Below are positions 62,885-64,000 of a stretch of 64,000 nt of DNA, in pieces (the first letter of the stretch is position 1; each line of letters begins with the position of its first letter). This DNA is from Asterias rubens (Eukaryota). The stretch is from assembly GCF_902459465.1 (NCBI RefSeq), contig NC_047082.1, positions 10,292,001 to 10,356,000 of the forward strand, written 5' to 3'. The notes under the pieces were generated by a model. It did no database searches, was not told the origin of the DNA, and saw only the letters and a list, made by a program, of their open reading frames with translations. A program made the position numbers and the translations under genes.

Positions 62885-63275
62885 TTCAACGGCTTCAGCT
62901 AACACTAACAGTACATGTAACATCCACAAATTTTGGTACAGAATGTGGGTATAGAACGTGCTTCAGCTAACAGTACATGTAACATCCACAGTCAAATTCG
63001 GGTGCAGAGTGCCCCACAGTTTTTTGTTTGTTATTATGGTAGAACCCTGCATGTTAGTTTGGAAATGGTTAATTTGAGACACTTGTACATTACTATGCTA
63101 AGCCATTGTTTGAATGTGGGTGAAATTCTAATTCAACGTGCTTCAGCTTACAGTACATGACATGTAACAGCCACAAATTTTCCCCAGAGTTTTGTTTTTG
63201 TTTTATGGTAGAAACCTGCACAGCATGCATATAAGGCCTACTCAACGAGGGAATTTGAGTCATACTTGTACATTA
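62885..63275. repeat. Degenerate roughly 180-bp duplication with shorter subrepeats
   Basis: ACGTGCTTCAGCT...CAGTACATG...TATGGTAGAA...ACTTGTACATT occurs twice, and GCTTCAGCTAACA three times. Confidence 0.65.
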
Positions 63276-63319
63276 TCTCTGCCCGTGCAACGGCAGAGAT
63301 ATTGTCCTTGTGGTGGATA

Positions 63320-63367
63320 TTCTTCTTCTTCTTCTTCTTCTTCTTCTTCTCCTTCTCCTTCTTCTTC
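63320..63367. repeat. (CTT)n microsatellite
   Basis: Direct inspection. Confidence 0.95.
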
Positions 63368-64000
63368 AGCTTGCATTTGCAAAACCGTGGCCACATATTG
63401 GGCTTGGGCTTAGGCTCCGTCAGTTATTTAGAAAACATGTGCTTTTCTAACGGGGCTTCAAACAGGCAGACGAAGCCCAAGTCGAAGCCCAAGTGACATC
63501 CCAAGCTAAAGCCGCGGTTTCGTAAAAAACGGAACCAAAAATTCCAACCTCGTACCTAAAGCTTGTAAGCCGATCAGAATTGCAACGTAAAAATATAACG
63601 AGGTTGTTTTATTTACGTGATGAGTGAATCCTCTACGCTGCGCTGCGAGACGATCACCACCGAAGCTTTTCCCCACGTTATTGCAATGGGGGATTTTCCG
63701 GTCGCAGTGTGACCTGCACCGTGAACGTTAAAAACACTCTGCCGTGGTCTGGAGCTTATTCACGGCATACGGGTTCGGTGAAAACCCGGAGAGCCAACGG
63801 ATGTTAACCGTGCTAACCGTGTATGGTTGTTAGTTACATGAGCTTTAGTTTGAGTGAGGAAACTTCGCAATCGTCACCGTTAATCCATAAGTCAATAGTC
63901 ATTCAATAACGGAGCATTTTTATAGAAAAATTGTTTTAAATTAGCTTATTAGCTTTTACAAATTATTCTTTTCACAGTGCATCTTAAGAAAAGGTTTTGA

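Overview
AT-rich, intron-rich eukaryotic genomic DNA. The gene set, intron style and repeat families suggest a marine invertebrate deuterostome, probably an echinoderm (taxon is inference). Six spliced genes were rebuilt by hand with consistent GT-AG splice phases. They are the 3' part of an RNF144A-like RBR ligase (+), complete RRM2 (-, 409 aa), STPG1 (+, 345 aa), a TEKT2/tektin-B-like gene (+, 430 aa), DNAAF11/LRRC6 (-, 468 aa) and a divergent 4-exon Mab-21/cGAS-fold protein (+, about 417 aa) whose start codon lies 371 bp from that of DNAAF11. The last 11 kb holds two orphan phase-1 exons that each encode a signal anchor, plus dense repeats. Introns and spacers contain many non-autonomous DNA transposons (TTAA/Kolobok-type, Harbinger-type, Tc1, pogo/Tigger-like, hAT, AT-flanked), tRNA-headed SINEs, one LINE fragment and several mini/microsatellites. 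Main leads: (1) a probably catalytically dead Mab-21 protein sharing a promoter and RFX motifs with a dynein assembly factor inside a three-gene motile-cilia cluster; (2) an RRM2 with QEN in place of the KEN box and a canonical D-box in its own 57-bp exon; (3) a duplicated acceptor that would yield RNF144 without its transmembrane helix; (4) two candidate alternative signal-anchor first exons; (5) a gene neighbourhood matching the human 1p/2p/6p/8q paralogon. No CRISPR array, rRNA or intact tRNA is supported, and most ORFs in the supplied track are spurious.
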